NCBI RefSeq assembly: GCF_006345805.1
Contig: NW_021833332.1
Location: 1 to 27,354 of the forward strand
Source: Octopus sinensis
Lineage: Eukaryota
DNA length: 27,354 bases
Reading direction: 5' to 3'
Shown here: positions 1 to 10,735 of the stretch, piece after piece
Numbering within the stretch: position 1 is the stretch's first letter
Layout: each line of letters starts with the position of its first letter
Translations under genes and position numbers: made by a program
The notes under the pieces: model-generated
What the model was told of the DNA's origin: nothing
Database searches by the model: none
Seen by the model: only the letters and a program-made list of their open reading frames with translations

Positions 1-169
1 TTTTCCTTATGTTTATGCCTCTATGAAAGAAACAGTTTACATACATACACCCAGAGTTGTTGCGTCTTTTTATTCTGTGTCCTCGCCCATGCATGCAATA
101 CACAGGTAGATAAACACATCCTTCAATATCCTATCAAGAACCCAGCGTCAATGATTATTTTTATCATAA

Positions 170-232
170 TTCTTATTATCATCATCATCATTATCATCAT
201 ATCATCATCATGATCACTATCATTATCGTATC
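170..232. repeat. (ATC)n microsatellite
   Basis: Imperfect ATC repeats. Confidence 0.9.
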
Positions 233-363
233 ATCACTAACTAGAGAAATTTATCACTAGTTGAATGAAACCGTGCATATTTTATGTACATGCATTACAC
301 GCACACATGTGTATGCAAGTGTGTGTATTTTACGAAGATGACGGATTCTCACACAGAGAGATA

Positions 364-761
364 TCTTTATATATAAAAGTGAAGTTGTGTGTCTGTCTCC
401 TACGATTTAGATTCTTAACTACTCCCACATTTTGCGGTGCAGTTTAACCAAAACCGGGTATCTTATAGTCGTGATTCATATCGAGCCCTTCTTGGTATTA
501 GCGCGCGTCTACGATGAGTCTACGATTTTAAAAATAATTTACCATCATTTTTTTCCATTTTAAGGCATTTTTCGCTATTATATAAGGGAAGTAACTCTCT
601 AAAAATGTCTACGATGAGTCAACGATTTTTAAAAAAATTTACCATCATTTTTTTTCCATTTTTAATGCATCTTTTTGCTATTTTTTTGGCTATAACTCTC
701 TAAAAATGCTTATATAGTTATATCCCTTACAAACCCGAGCAACGCCGGGCGATACTGCTAG
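364..761 (+). mobile_element. Non-autonomous Helitron (complete, 398 bp) with an internal ~100-bp tandem duplication
   Basis: 5' end A|TCTTTATATATAAAAG...GTGTGTCTGTC (a363|t364). 3' end has hairpin CCCG-AGCAACGC-CGGG (734-749), then CTAG (758-761), then T. This is insertion at A|T with no TSD, the canonical Helitron termini. Internal repeat unit GTCTACGATGAGTC... starts at 507 and 607. Confidence 0.8.
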
Positions 762-853
762 TATAAATATATATTCGATCGTTTACTCAATGACGTTTCG
801 TTGCGATTATATCCGGATACAGAATCCCATGCCGATGTTCCTCTGGATTAGCC

Positions 854-923
854 AGTGATGGTGAAACATGCTCACCGATAAAATGCTTCGTCAATATGTC
901 GGTGAACATGTTTCACCATCACT
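854..923. repeat. Near-perfect inverted repeat (25-bp arms, 20-nt loop); pre-miRNA-like or MITE-derived hairpin
   Basis: AGTGATGGTGAAACATGCTCACCGA (854-878) versus TCGGTGAACATGTTTCACCATCACT (899-923): 24/25 complementary. The one mismatch (871/906) is a G-U pair on the minus-strand RNA. Confidence 0.9.
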
Positions 924-1026
924 ACGATCGCAAGCCGAATATGTTAACCACTAAGCCACGCACGTTCACGCACACACATGCATATATATTTATGTATACA
1001 TATATATATATATATACACATACATA

Positions 1027-1190
1027 GGCGCAGGAGTGGCTGTGTGGTAAGTAGCTTGTTTACCAACCACATGGTTCCGGGTTCAGTCCCACTGCGTGGC
1101 ACCTTGGGCAAGTGTCTTCTACTATAGCCTCGGGCCGACCAATTGCCTTGTGAGTGGATTTGGTAGACGGAAACTGAAAGAAGCCTGTCG

Positions 1191-1237
<47 letters not shown>

Positions 1238-1462
1238 ATGTTTGTGTGTCTGTGCATGTCCCCCACCCAACATCGCTTGACAACCGATGCTGGTGTGTTT
1301 GCCTCCCCGTAACTTAGCGGTTCGTAACTTACCGACCGATAGAATAAGTACTGGGCTTACAAAGAATAAGTCCTGGGGTCGAGTTGCTCGACTAAAGGCG
1401 GTGCTCCAGCATGGCCACAGTCAAATGACTGAAACAAGTAAAAGAGTAAAAGAGAAAAAGAG
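1027..1462 (+). mobile_element. tRNA-derived SINE, family 1 (CORE-like segment, internal TA/TG microsatellite), copy 1
   Basis: Box A TGGCTGTGTGG (1037-1047), box B GGTTCAGTCCC (1080-1090), CORE-like CCTTGGGCAAGTG, tail GACTGAAACAAGTAAAAGAG. Near-identical copies occur elsewhere in the window. Confidence 0.9.
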
Positions 1463-1814
1463 ATACATACATACACGCACATACATATATATATAAATGT
1501 GTGTGTGTTCAATCATTGTTCTACGCAGAGCACAAATATTTAAAACATCACATTAATACATCCTAACGTGTGTGTTCACAACATATACACGTACACATAC
1601 ACATACACACACATCGACGTACTTGTGCATATTGCAATCTATACTCATATACAATTAGTCATAAAATTATACTTCATTAAACAAACATCACACATAATGC
1701 AACCCGGACACCGCTTGTATGAATCTCATAAAGACTGGTTATGTAACTCGTCATGTGCACATCATTTCACACTCAAATATTATAGGCTTATATGTGAATA
1801 TTACTTTATGTACG

Positions 1815-1846
<32 letters not shown>

Positions 1847-1976
1847 TATATATTCAACAATATAAGGAATGGCCCTAATAGGCCAATCGACTCACTAGAA
1901 AGAGCAGCCAAACTCAAACCGCTAAATAGTTGTAATTCTGAAACTGAAAGAGAAATAAAAACATTTACTCTTTTCA

Positions 1977-2071
1977 TCTCTGGACTATGCATAGTTTCGA
2001 CAAACTTTGGTAAACAAATTAATTAAATTAAATTAAATTTATTTACAACTGGCGTGTCTCGTCAGCAGAGA
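1977..2071 (-). ncRNA. Type I hammerhead ribozyme (complete catalytic core, GUC cleavage triplet)
   Basis: Minus strand: helix I UCUCUG (2071-2066); core CUGACGA (2065-2059); helix II GACA...UGUC (2058-2055/2002-1999); GAAA (1998-1995); palindromic helix III ACUAUGCAUAGU (1995-1984); C17 (1983); helix I CAGAGA (1982-1977). All conserved core nucleotides are present. Confidence 0.85.
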
Positions 2072-2651
2072 AGCCGAGGACGAGCAAATGTCCACGAGGC
2101 GACAGCAAAGAAGCCTCCAGTCCATATGCCCTAAATTTTCAAAATATATTAATATATTATATATATATAATACATATATACACGAATGTATATATGCCTG
2201 TATATATGTGAGTATATATGAACGTATTTCTCTTTAAATGTATTTGTCTCTCTCTTTCTCACTCTCTCTTTCCCTTTCTCTCTTTCTGTGTTTGTGCATG
2301 CGTGTATATATGTATGTATATACATATGAGCAGGACCACACCAGTCAACCTGAAACTGACACATATGTAATATATTGATCTACACATGTGTAATAAATAT
2401 ATAGGAGCTTTGATTTGTATATATATATATAAATATATATTTATGTAAATATGTGTATGTATATATTGTTAGTTTCCTTGTATATATACGTTAACACACA
2501 TAATACACACATGTTTACATGCACATGTGTACATATATGTACGTACATATATTGATAAATATATATACACATATATATATATATATGCATGTATATATAT
2601 ATATATATACATATATCAATATATGTATGTATATATATATATATATATATA

Positions 2652-2912
2652 CTCTCTCTTTACTCTTTTACTTGTTTCAGTCAAATGACTGCGGCCATGC
2701 TGGAGCACCGCCTTTAAATCGAGTAACTCGACCCCGGGACTTATTCTTTTGTAAACCCAGTACTTATTCTATCGGTCTCTTTTGCCGAACCGCTAAGTAA
2801 CGGGGACATAAGCACACCAGCATCGGTTGTCAAGCAAAACTAGGGGGACAAACACAGACACACAAACACACACATGCATATATATATATGTAATATATAT
2901 ATATAGATAATA

Positions 2913-2951
<39 letters not shown>

Positions 2952-3118
2952 TATATACGAATGACTTCTTTCAGTTTCCGTCTATCAAATCCACTCACAA
3001 GGTTTTGGTCGGCCCGAGGCTCTAGTAGAAGACACTTGCCCAAGGTGACACGCAGTGGGACTGAACCCGGAACCATGTGGTTGGTAAACAAGCTACTTAC
3101 CACACAGCCATTCCTGCG
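2652..3118 (-). mobile_element. tRNA-derived SINE, family 1, copy 2
   Basis: Reverse complement of the 1027-1462 element over its full length. Confidence 0.9.
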
Positions 3119-3139
3119 TATATACATACATACATATAG

Positions 3140-3350
3140 TCAAATCAAAGAACAAAGTGTTAAACAAAAAACAGAAAAAGAAGTAAAAACGACCGTGACG
3201 ACGTACACAAGTAATATATTTATTTATCGCTCGGTGAAAGGATAAAGTTATTAACGTTTCGAGCGTAGCTTTTCATCAGAAAGAGAAAGGTCAAAGAGAA
3301 AGAAGGAAACATAAAGAAGAATCGCCGACAATCCATGTGCGGTTACATAT
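3140..3350 (-). mobile_element. Penelope-like pseudo-LTR remnant containing a decayed minimal hammerhead motif (3252-3281)
   Basis: Minus strand TTTCTGATGAAAAGCTACGCTCGAAACGTTAA in a pyrimidine-rich context. The CUGAUGA-A-stem-GAAACGU architecture is typical of Penelope-like element pLTRs. Confidence 0.55.
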
Positions 3351-3445
3351 ATGTATATAGAGGTAGTTTGGTATGTGTATATATTGCTAAATGTATATGT
3401 AATTCTTTTTTTAAAGGATATTTTTCTTTTTTTTTCTTCTTTTTT

Positions 3446-3805
3446 TCTTTTTACTTGTTTCAGTCATTTTGACTGCGGCCATGCTGGAGCACCGCCTTTA
3501 ATCGAGCAACTTGTCCCTGGGACTTATTCTTTGTAAGCCCAGTACTTATTCTATCGGTATCTTTTGCCGAATCACTAAGTGACAGGGACATAAACACAGA
3601 CACACAAACATACACGCACAGACATATATATACACATATATACGACGGGATTCTTTCAGTTTCCGTCTACCAAATCCACTCACAAGGCTTTGGTCGGCCC
3701 GATGCTATAGTAGAAGACACTTTCCCAAGATGCCACGCAGTGGGACTGAACCCGGAACCATGTGGTTGGTAAACAAGCTACTTACCACACAGCCACTCCT
3801 GCGCC
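3446..3805 (-). mobile_element. tRNA-derived SINE, family 1, copy 3 (about 35 bp deleted internally)
   Basis: Matches copies 1 and 2 but lacks the CCAGCATCGGTTGTCAAGC segment between two GGACA(T)AAACAC-like motifs. Confidence 0.9.
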
Positions 3806-4056
3806 TATGTATCTTTTAATTTATTTCAATTAAATATTACTTTTTTACCACTAATTACTTACTCTGGGTAGTCAGGTCGTTTTGCTTCTACATAAGCTAT
3901 TTGTGATTTAAGGTTTTCTTCGAGTTTTAATATGATTTTAAACCGCAATTGTAATTTCATACAACCGGTATATTGAAAAGTCCGTTAGTTGAAAGGACCA
4001 ATGAAACAAAACCATTTTCAAATGTGTATCTATGAAACTAATTGTATATTTATGTA

Positions 4057-4437
4057 GTGGAGGCGCAATGGCCCAGTGGTTAGGGCAGCGGATTCGCGGT
4101 CATAGGATCGCGGTTTCGATTCCCAGACCGGGCGTTGTGCGTGTTTATTGAGCGAAAACACCTGAAGCTCCACGAGGCTCCGGCAGGGGATGATGGTGAT
4201 CCCTGCTGTACTCTTTCTCTCACTCTTACTTCCTGTTTCTGTTGTACCTGTATTTCAAAGGGCCAGCCTTGTCACTCTCTGTGTCACGCTGAATATCCCC
4301 GAGAACTACGTTAAGGGTACACGTGTCTGTGGAGTGCTCAGCCACTTACACGTTAATTTCACGAGCAGGCTGTTCCGTTGATTCGGATCAACCGGAACCC
4401 TCGTCGTCGTAACCGACAGAGTGCTTCCATCCATTCC
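4057..4437 (+). mobile_element. tRNA-derived SINE, family 2, full length with 11-bp TSD
   Basis: Box A TGGCCCAGTGG (4069-4079), box B-like GGTTTCGATTCCC (4112-4124), short (TTCCA/CCAT) tail. Perfect TSD ATATTTATGTA at 4046-4056 and 4438-4448. Confidence 0.85.
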
Positions 4438-4599
4438 ATATTTATGTAACCTTATTTTGTTCCATTCTAAACAAAACTGTCCGACGAACGGTAAAGTGAA
4501 ACTCTGAGTAACAGTTTTTGGTGCTTTTTAATAATATATGTATATATGGATGATAAATGAGTGATAAGAATCCTACTTCCCAGCCACATGATGCCTTGC

Positions 4600-4859
4600 T
4601 CAATCCTAGACTGCGCAGCATGTTGGGAAAGTTAATTCTCGTGTAGCCTCGGGCCGACCAAAGCCTTGTGAGTGTATGTGTATTCGGTAGACGGAAACTG
4701 AAAGGTTTACTTTTATATCTTCGTAATTTAGCGATTCGACCAGAGGGGGTAATAGAATAACTATCAAACTTTCAAAACGCAAGCACTGGGGTCGATTCCA
4801 AGGCGGACTGTCCCAGAAGGGCCGCGGTTTAATGACTAAAACAAGTAGAAGAATAAAAT
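4600..4859 (+). mobile_element. Degraded family-1-related SINE
   Basis: TAGCCTCGGGCCGACCAAAGCCTTGTGAGTG...GGTAGACGGAAACTGAAAG and tail ATGACTAAAACAAGTAGAAG, both shared with family 1. Confidence 0.7.
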
Positions 4860-5097
4860 AATGTGTGTTTGTGTGTGCATGTACGTGCGTGTGTTCACTT
4901 ATGTATATAAATGAATAACATTTGTATATCAATATATAAATTTGTATATCAATATATTATACACTGCACAAGCATCAATGTTCTGCAAGCGATAGTATTT
5001 ACACACAAGCAGTTTCATGCCTGCATTTCACACTTGCATGAAGCATTAATTTGTCATATGCAGAAACTATTAATTGATAGGAAATAAAATATGCACA

Positions 5098-5513
5098 GGC
5101 GCAGGAGTGGCTGTGTGGTAAGTAGCTTGCTAACCAACCACATAGTTCCGGGTTCAGTACCACTGCGTGGCATCTTGGACAAGTGTCTTCTGCTATAGCC
5201 CCTAGCCGACCAATGCCTTGTGAGTGGATCTGGTAGACGGAAACTGAAAGAAGCCTGTCGTATATATGTATATATGTATATATATGTGTGTGTGTGTGTT
5301 TGTGTGTCTGTGTTTGTTCCCCTAGCATTGCTTGACAACCGATGCGGGAGTGTTTACGTCCCCGTCACATAGCGGTTCGGCAAAAGATACCGATAGAATA
5401 AGTACTGCGCTTACAAAGAATAAGTCCCGGGGTCGAGTTGCACGACTAAAGGCGGTGCTCCAGCATGGCCGCAGTCAAATGACTGAAACAAGTAAAAGAG
5501 TAAAGAGTAAGAG
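5098..5513 (+). mobile_element. tRNA-derived SINE, family 1, copy 4
   Basis: Full-length match to 1027-1462, including the A and B boxes and the tail. Confidence 0.9.
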
Positions 5514-6084
5514 GTCATATATATGGACACAACACACACTCACTTTCACACTTATGAACACACACACCAATACACACACATGCATATGTATATATAGTGA
5601 GAGATTATATAATTATATATATATATATATATATATATTTGTATTTATGTCTGTGTATGTGTGTGTTTATGTATATATAATTGAAGAAGTTGGGAGTCAA
5701 CAAGAAGGGGTATAGTTGGACATTTATTTTTTGAACCACTACAATTGTTTCTGCACAACGTAGTTCTCCAGGTGTGCAAGTACTTGATTATGCAAATGTT
5801 TTCCAGCATTATGATATCTAGTTCTGTATCCTCATGTGATATGTAAATATTGTCTCCGTAAGTTTTAAATCCTCGGCTTCAAGAGCATCCTATCTGTCTG
5901 TCTTGGCCTGAATTTAAGCCACCATATTCAAGACAGATAGATAGACAGAGAGACATATAGAGAGCGAGAGGGGAAGACAGAGAGGTAATATATGTATGTG
6001 TGTGTCTATATATTCTATACGTACGTATACTTACATAACTACATACATACGACATTCATATATATGTCTTTGAATAACGCATCA

Positions 6085-7127
6085 TATTTCTTCGGCAACG
6101 TATTATAACCACTAAGTGTCGAAGTGCATCCTTTGGCCAAGTTTGCATGTATGAGACTGATAAAATTATAACAATTGGAAGGCAGCTCTTTGAACAACAC
6201 TCTTGGTCTGATAACCTAGAATACATGCCCAAAGAAGTCGCACGACTCTACCGCAACGTATCATCAGATGGACGGATGAGACTATATGAGCACAAAACTA
6301 TGCATGGACATATTAGTAGAAAGCTCCGAGATGATAGTAACCTCGATCATCAAAGCAGTTTATCATGGACCAATAGCCGGATTACTACCTCCTAGATTGA
6401 AGGGTATGCGTTTGCAATCCAGGAACAGGAAATATCAACTAAGTACCTGATGCACAAAAAGGATAGAAATGCAAGAAATGCCGTAAAATGTGACAACCGA
6501 TGCAGACTTTGTGGTATTCATACTGAATATATCACCCACATCATAAGTTGTCCGAAATTGTCATCATGGTATTATCTACCCATAAGGCGTGATGTTGTAG
6601 CTAGGACACTCTATAATGTAATCTGTCAGAGGACAAAGAAATAAGAACCCACAATATGGTTGATACCATAGCTACTTATAATAAAAAGGAATACTGGTGG
6701 GATGTACCAGTAAATACCTCAATAAAATGTAAGCACAAAAGACCTCATATAATGATTTGGGACAGAGAAGAGAAACTGTGCACAGTTACGGAAATTATCT
6801 GCCCAGCGGATGTTAACATAAAACCAGTGACAAACAGAATACCTATGCTGAACTAGTGCGAAATCTGCTTTTTCTCTAACCAGTTCAGGTTTATATCTGT
6901 AATTATGTGGGTCCTGGGATATATAACACATTGCCCAAATATCAATCTTGAGAAATTAAGCTTCTCAAACCCAGAAAGGGGAGAGCTAATTCGAAGATTA
7001 CAGATGCAGTATATCACTGGAACTGTAAAAATCTGTAAAACTTTCCAGAAGTTTATCATTTTAAATAGTATATCACTGGAACTGTAAAAATCTGTAAAAC
7101 TTTCCAGAAGTTTATCATTTTAAATAG
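6085..7127 (+). pseudogene. 3' fragment of an R4/Dong-clade non-LTR retrotransposon ORF (zinc knuckle plus restriction-like endonuclease)
   Basis: Fragmented frames read EGYAFAIQEQEISTKY, CRLCGIHTEYITHIISCPKL..YYLPIRRDVVA, WWDVPVNT..KHKRPHIMIWDREEKLC..EIICPADVNI and QYITGTVKICKTF. These are the CCHC and PD..D RLE motifs of R4/Dong; stops and frameshifts are present. Confidence 0.8.
7008..7127 (+). repeat. Perfect 59-bp tandem duplication at the end of the R4/Dong ORF
   Basis: AGTATATCACTGGAACTG...CATTTTAAAT starts at 7008 and again at 7067. Confidence 0.95.
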
Positions 7128-7224
7128 ATATGAGCATGTCTAGATATGCAACTATATGCATAAGAATACATACACAAAACATACAAATCTGCACATACAT
7201 ACATCCATGCATGAGGAGGAGGAG

Positions 7225-7557
7225 ACCCCCTTCAGTCATGAATAACCATGAGATTGCACCTACAAAGCGACCCTCCGAGGCATAAGTCCGGGCAAGGTTG
7301 TTTGTGGAAGGCCAGCAGTCGCCCACGCATACCGGCCTCCGCTCTCAACACAACTGATGTTATCCAAGGGAAAGGCAAAGGCCGATACAGCTTGGCACCA
7401 GTGATGTCTCAACTCATTTCTACAGCTGAGTTAACTGGAGCAACGTGTAATAAAATGTCTTGCTCAAGAACACAACAAGCAGCTCGGTCCGGGAATCGAC
7501 CTCACAACCTCACGATCGTAAGCTCGACGCTCTAACCACTGAGCCGTGCGCCTTCAC
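7225..7557 (-). mobile_element. tRNA-derived SINE, family 3
   Basis: Minus strand GTGAAGGCGCACGGCTCAGTGGTTAGAGCG...GGTCGATTCCCGG (A and B boxes), then CTTGAGCAAGACA...CTCAGCTGTAGAAATGAG conserved-domain-like segment. Confidence 0.8.
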
Positions 7558-7859
7558 ATGCATACATACATACATACATACATACATACATACATACATA
7601 CATACATGATGGCTGCCCCCTCGTTATCGAGTATGGCCATTGCACGAAGCTTAACTGTTATTGGTGCTGTGATTGAATGTGACTTTTATTTGCTTTTTAA
7701 GGCTACAGCCAGCTATTCAGTTGAGACTCACAGCACTATCAACAATCATGAACAATGTTGCTATCGTACAATGCCTGTGCAAGAAGATTTTTTGTAAAGC
7801 GAGGAAAGGCTCACTAAGCAACAGCAGCCATAATCCGAAAAGAAGACCAAGTCAACATC

Positions 7860-8230
7860 ATCGGTAACCACTGGGCCGCAGGTTTTATGTCGGAGTTACC
7901 CCAGTTACCTGAGTTACCTTCTCCCAGAAGGATGCCCTAACAAAGGCTAGGAGTCCTTCACTCCCAATGGTTTAACCGCGCGATCAGGTATTCAGTCCTA
8001 TTATTTCTATGTCCTCGCGCATGATACAGCCTTAAGCCTTAAAAATAATACACATTTATTGGATGGCCGTTAACTCTCAAGAGTTCCTCCGCCCTTTGAC
8101 GGGTTTTGTTTTTCATCTCGCAGGGTATCCAATAAACACCCTCCACACCAAGCAAGCTTGGTGGGATTGCCGGATTAGTCGCCGACGGCCCAACCATGCA
8201 ACAGGTTGTACTGGGTTACATGTTACCAGT
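7860..8230 (+). mobile_element. Probable interspersed repeat resembling an RTE-type 5' UTR or non-autonomous retroelement
   Basis: GC-richer block with CCTTCTCCCAGAAGGATGCCCTAACAAAGGCTAGGAGTCC and GGATTGCCGGATTAGTCGCCGACGGCCC, recalled as RTE-leader-like; not verified. Confidence 0.3.
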
Positions 8231-8360
8231 AGCAATCGAAAGTGACCTGACATACATACATACATACATACATACATACATACATACATACATACATACA
8301 TAAATACATACATACATACATACATGCAGACAGACAGGTTGATAGACAGACAGACAGATA
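8231..8360. repeat. (CATA)n/(GACA)n compound microsatellite
   Basis: Seen directly. Similar tracts at 7558-7607, 8640-8692 and 24400-24483. Confidence 0.95.
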
Positions 8361-8657
8361 GGTCCGACAAACAGGAACGGGAAACTCTGGGTAACTGTTT
8401 TTGTGATGTCTTTGCAGCTTTATTAATAAAGCATATTACTTTACCTCCAGTATTCGAGTAGTATGTTTTCCACTTTGTTTCACATTTATATGCTTACTCT
8501 GGTATATATATACATATATATATAGAGAGAGAGAGAGAGGGAGAGAGAGAGTAATATATGTATGTGTGTATCTATATACTTTATATGCACACATGCATAC
8601 ATATAAACATACATGTGGACACACAGGCAGATAGACAGACAGACATATAGATCGATC

Positions 8658-8692
<35 letters not shown>

Positions 8693-9239
8693 GCCTAATA
8701 CATATGTATACACTCACACGCACACATACGCTCACTCACACGCATACGCATTTATGTTATATTATATATATATTATTTGATATAAATTCGCATATGCTTG
8801 AGTGATTCTGTATATGAGAACATAAGTTTATCAAATGCCCTATTTACTTACGCGTGGGTTTATGTGCGTTTGAATGAGTCTGTGTGGCCGTGCGTATGTG
8901 TGTGTGTGTGAATGTGTGTGTTATGTGCGTTTGTGCGTACGTTCGTGTGCTCGTATTATTCCGTGTGTGTGTGTGTGTGTGTAGAAAGAAACGGAAAATG
9001 AAAGAGTTTGAGAGAAAAATGAGCTAGATACACTCGTATATACAGATTTTACATATATGTCCCTGTATATACGCTTATTTACTTGTGTTTATACAAATGT
9101 ATATATCCGTATACGTTGCTAAAATAAAAAAAAAATCAAATGTCTGCCTGGACGAAAGTTCATTAAAAGCTTAGAAGCATCATCTCGGTCGTGCTGATCC
9201 GGAAAATCGTTAGCATCTAATACACACACACACACACAC

Positions 9240-9293
<54 letters not shown>

Positions 9294-9746
9294 AACACAC
9301 ACACATACACACACACTCACACACACACACACACACACCACACACACACATATATATATATATATATAGTCGAGTATAAGATTCTATCTAGTAAACCAAA
9401 ACTACGCCTATAGCCATACAGTGTTCTCTCAAGAAGGAAAACAATTCATATAACACGTATTTATTACTTCTAAGTCTGCATAACTTTCCAATCAATAGCC
9501 ATACTTCAGGCAGTTATATCTTCTTTGAAAGAAAACACTAAAGTAAAGAATAATGAAAATGTAAGAATAGCAGGTTTAACTGACGATTATTCGAAGTCAT
9601 TTTTGGCAAAACGTTTGTATTCTGCCTACTGCTATTGTGTTATATATCATTTCCGTCTGGCAGAGTCTGTTTGACCACATGAAATGAAGAATTGTTTTTC
9701 CATATATACACATACGTACATACATACATACATGTGTGTTTGTGCA

Positions 9747-9799
<53 letters not shown>

Positions 9800-9873
9800 G
9801 TGTAGAAATAGTTATGTATATAAATATATATACAATTAAGGTTATATATGTATATATATATAGAGAGAGAGTT

Positions 9874-9908
<35 letters not shown>

Positions 9909-9946
9909 AATGTACATACATACAATTAAAGGTTTATATATATTAT

Positions 9947-10504
9947 TGTAGCTGCAAAAGCATCACAGATAAAACTGACTCAGAGTTTCACGTTCCCGCT
10001 CGTCGGACGGTTGTGACCATGAACGTCTTGATCACAACAATTAGCTCTCTTTTTGGGTATTTGTCATTGAGAGGTCTTTCTTGCTATTTATCAGTAAGAT
10101 TGTCTAAGGCAGCAGTTTTAGCACGGGTTTTCATACGCTTAGCTTTTTAGTGTTGTTTCTGGTACGTCTAATTCTGGAATTTGTTGTATTTGGATTCACT
10201 TTTGTTACTGAATATGATGCTTTCTGGTTTGCCTGCTTTGAGGTTTTAACATCGAGTCATCAGAGTTTTTCAGGTAGGCGTCTAGGCCAATTGTGGCAAT
10301 CTTCATTGTTAATTCCAGTTGTAAAATTCCACGGCGACGCTCTTTTCTTGCTATAGTCGTAATTGCTATTTTATATATTTCCAAGCATTTCTTAATCCAG
10401 CTTTGTGGTAGGCTATCAAAAGTTTTTTTATAGTCTATCCAGACTATCGACAAGTTTTTGTGTCGTTTCTGAAATCTTCCAAGATCATCTTATTGATGAG
10501 TAAT
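9947..10504 (-). pseudogene. Internally deleted R4/Dong-clade RT fragment
   Basis: LLINKMILEDF..HKNLSIVWIDYKKTFDSLPQSWIKKCLEIYKI is fused directly to the post-RT segment ARKERRRGILQLELTMKIATIGLDAYL...ERPLNDKYPKR. The RT core, including YxDD, is missing (junction near 10355). Confidence 0.75.
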
Positions 10505-10735
10505 TATTTATTATTGTGAAGTATTTTTGCCACTTAAATGTGGCTAACCCCTAAGGGTAGATGCTACTGTAGCTTGTATCCCCAGGAGGACACCTCCTTC
10601 AGCTGGCTATTGACACACTTTCTGTGCCCTATCAGTATTTGCAAAGGGAAGCCATCCTTCCCATCTTCAACTTATGATACACACGGACTCGAGTTTTTGG
10701 GTATTGATCCGTCATCAGCGTGTGGCAATCACTAG

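Noticed and set aside
785-900. GAAACGUC on the minus strand near the hairpin, with UUGACGA upstream
   Set aside because: The core is mutated, and no helix I or II pairing is consistent with hammerhead topology.
4059-4130. tRNA-like sequences at the SINE heads (also 1027, 5098, 7557)
   Set aside because: They have A and B boxes but no complete cloverleaf or acceptor stem, and continue into SINE bodies with tails or TSDs. They are not tRNA genes.
10660-10720. CUGAUGA followed by a CGGA/UCCG stem on the minus strand
   Set aside because: The stem is not followed by GAAA and there is no helix III or NUH, so it is not a hammerhead.
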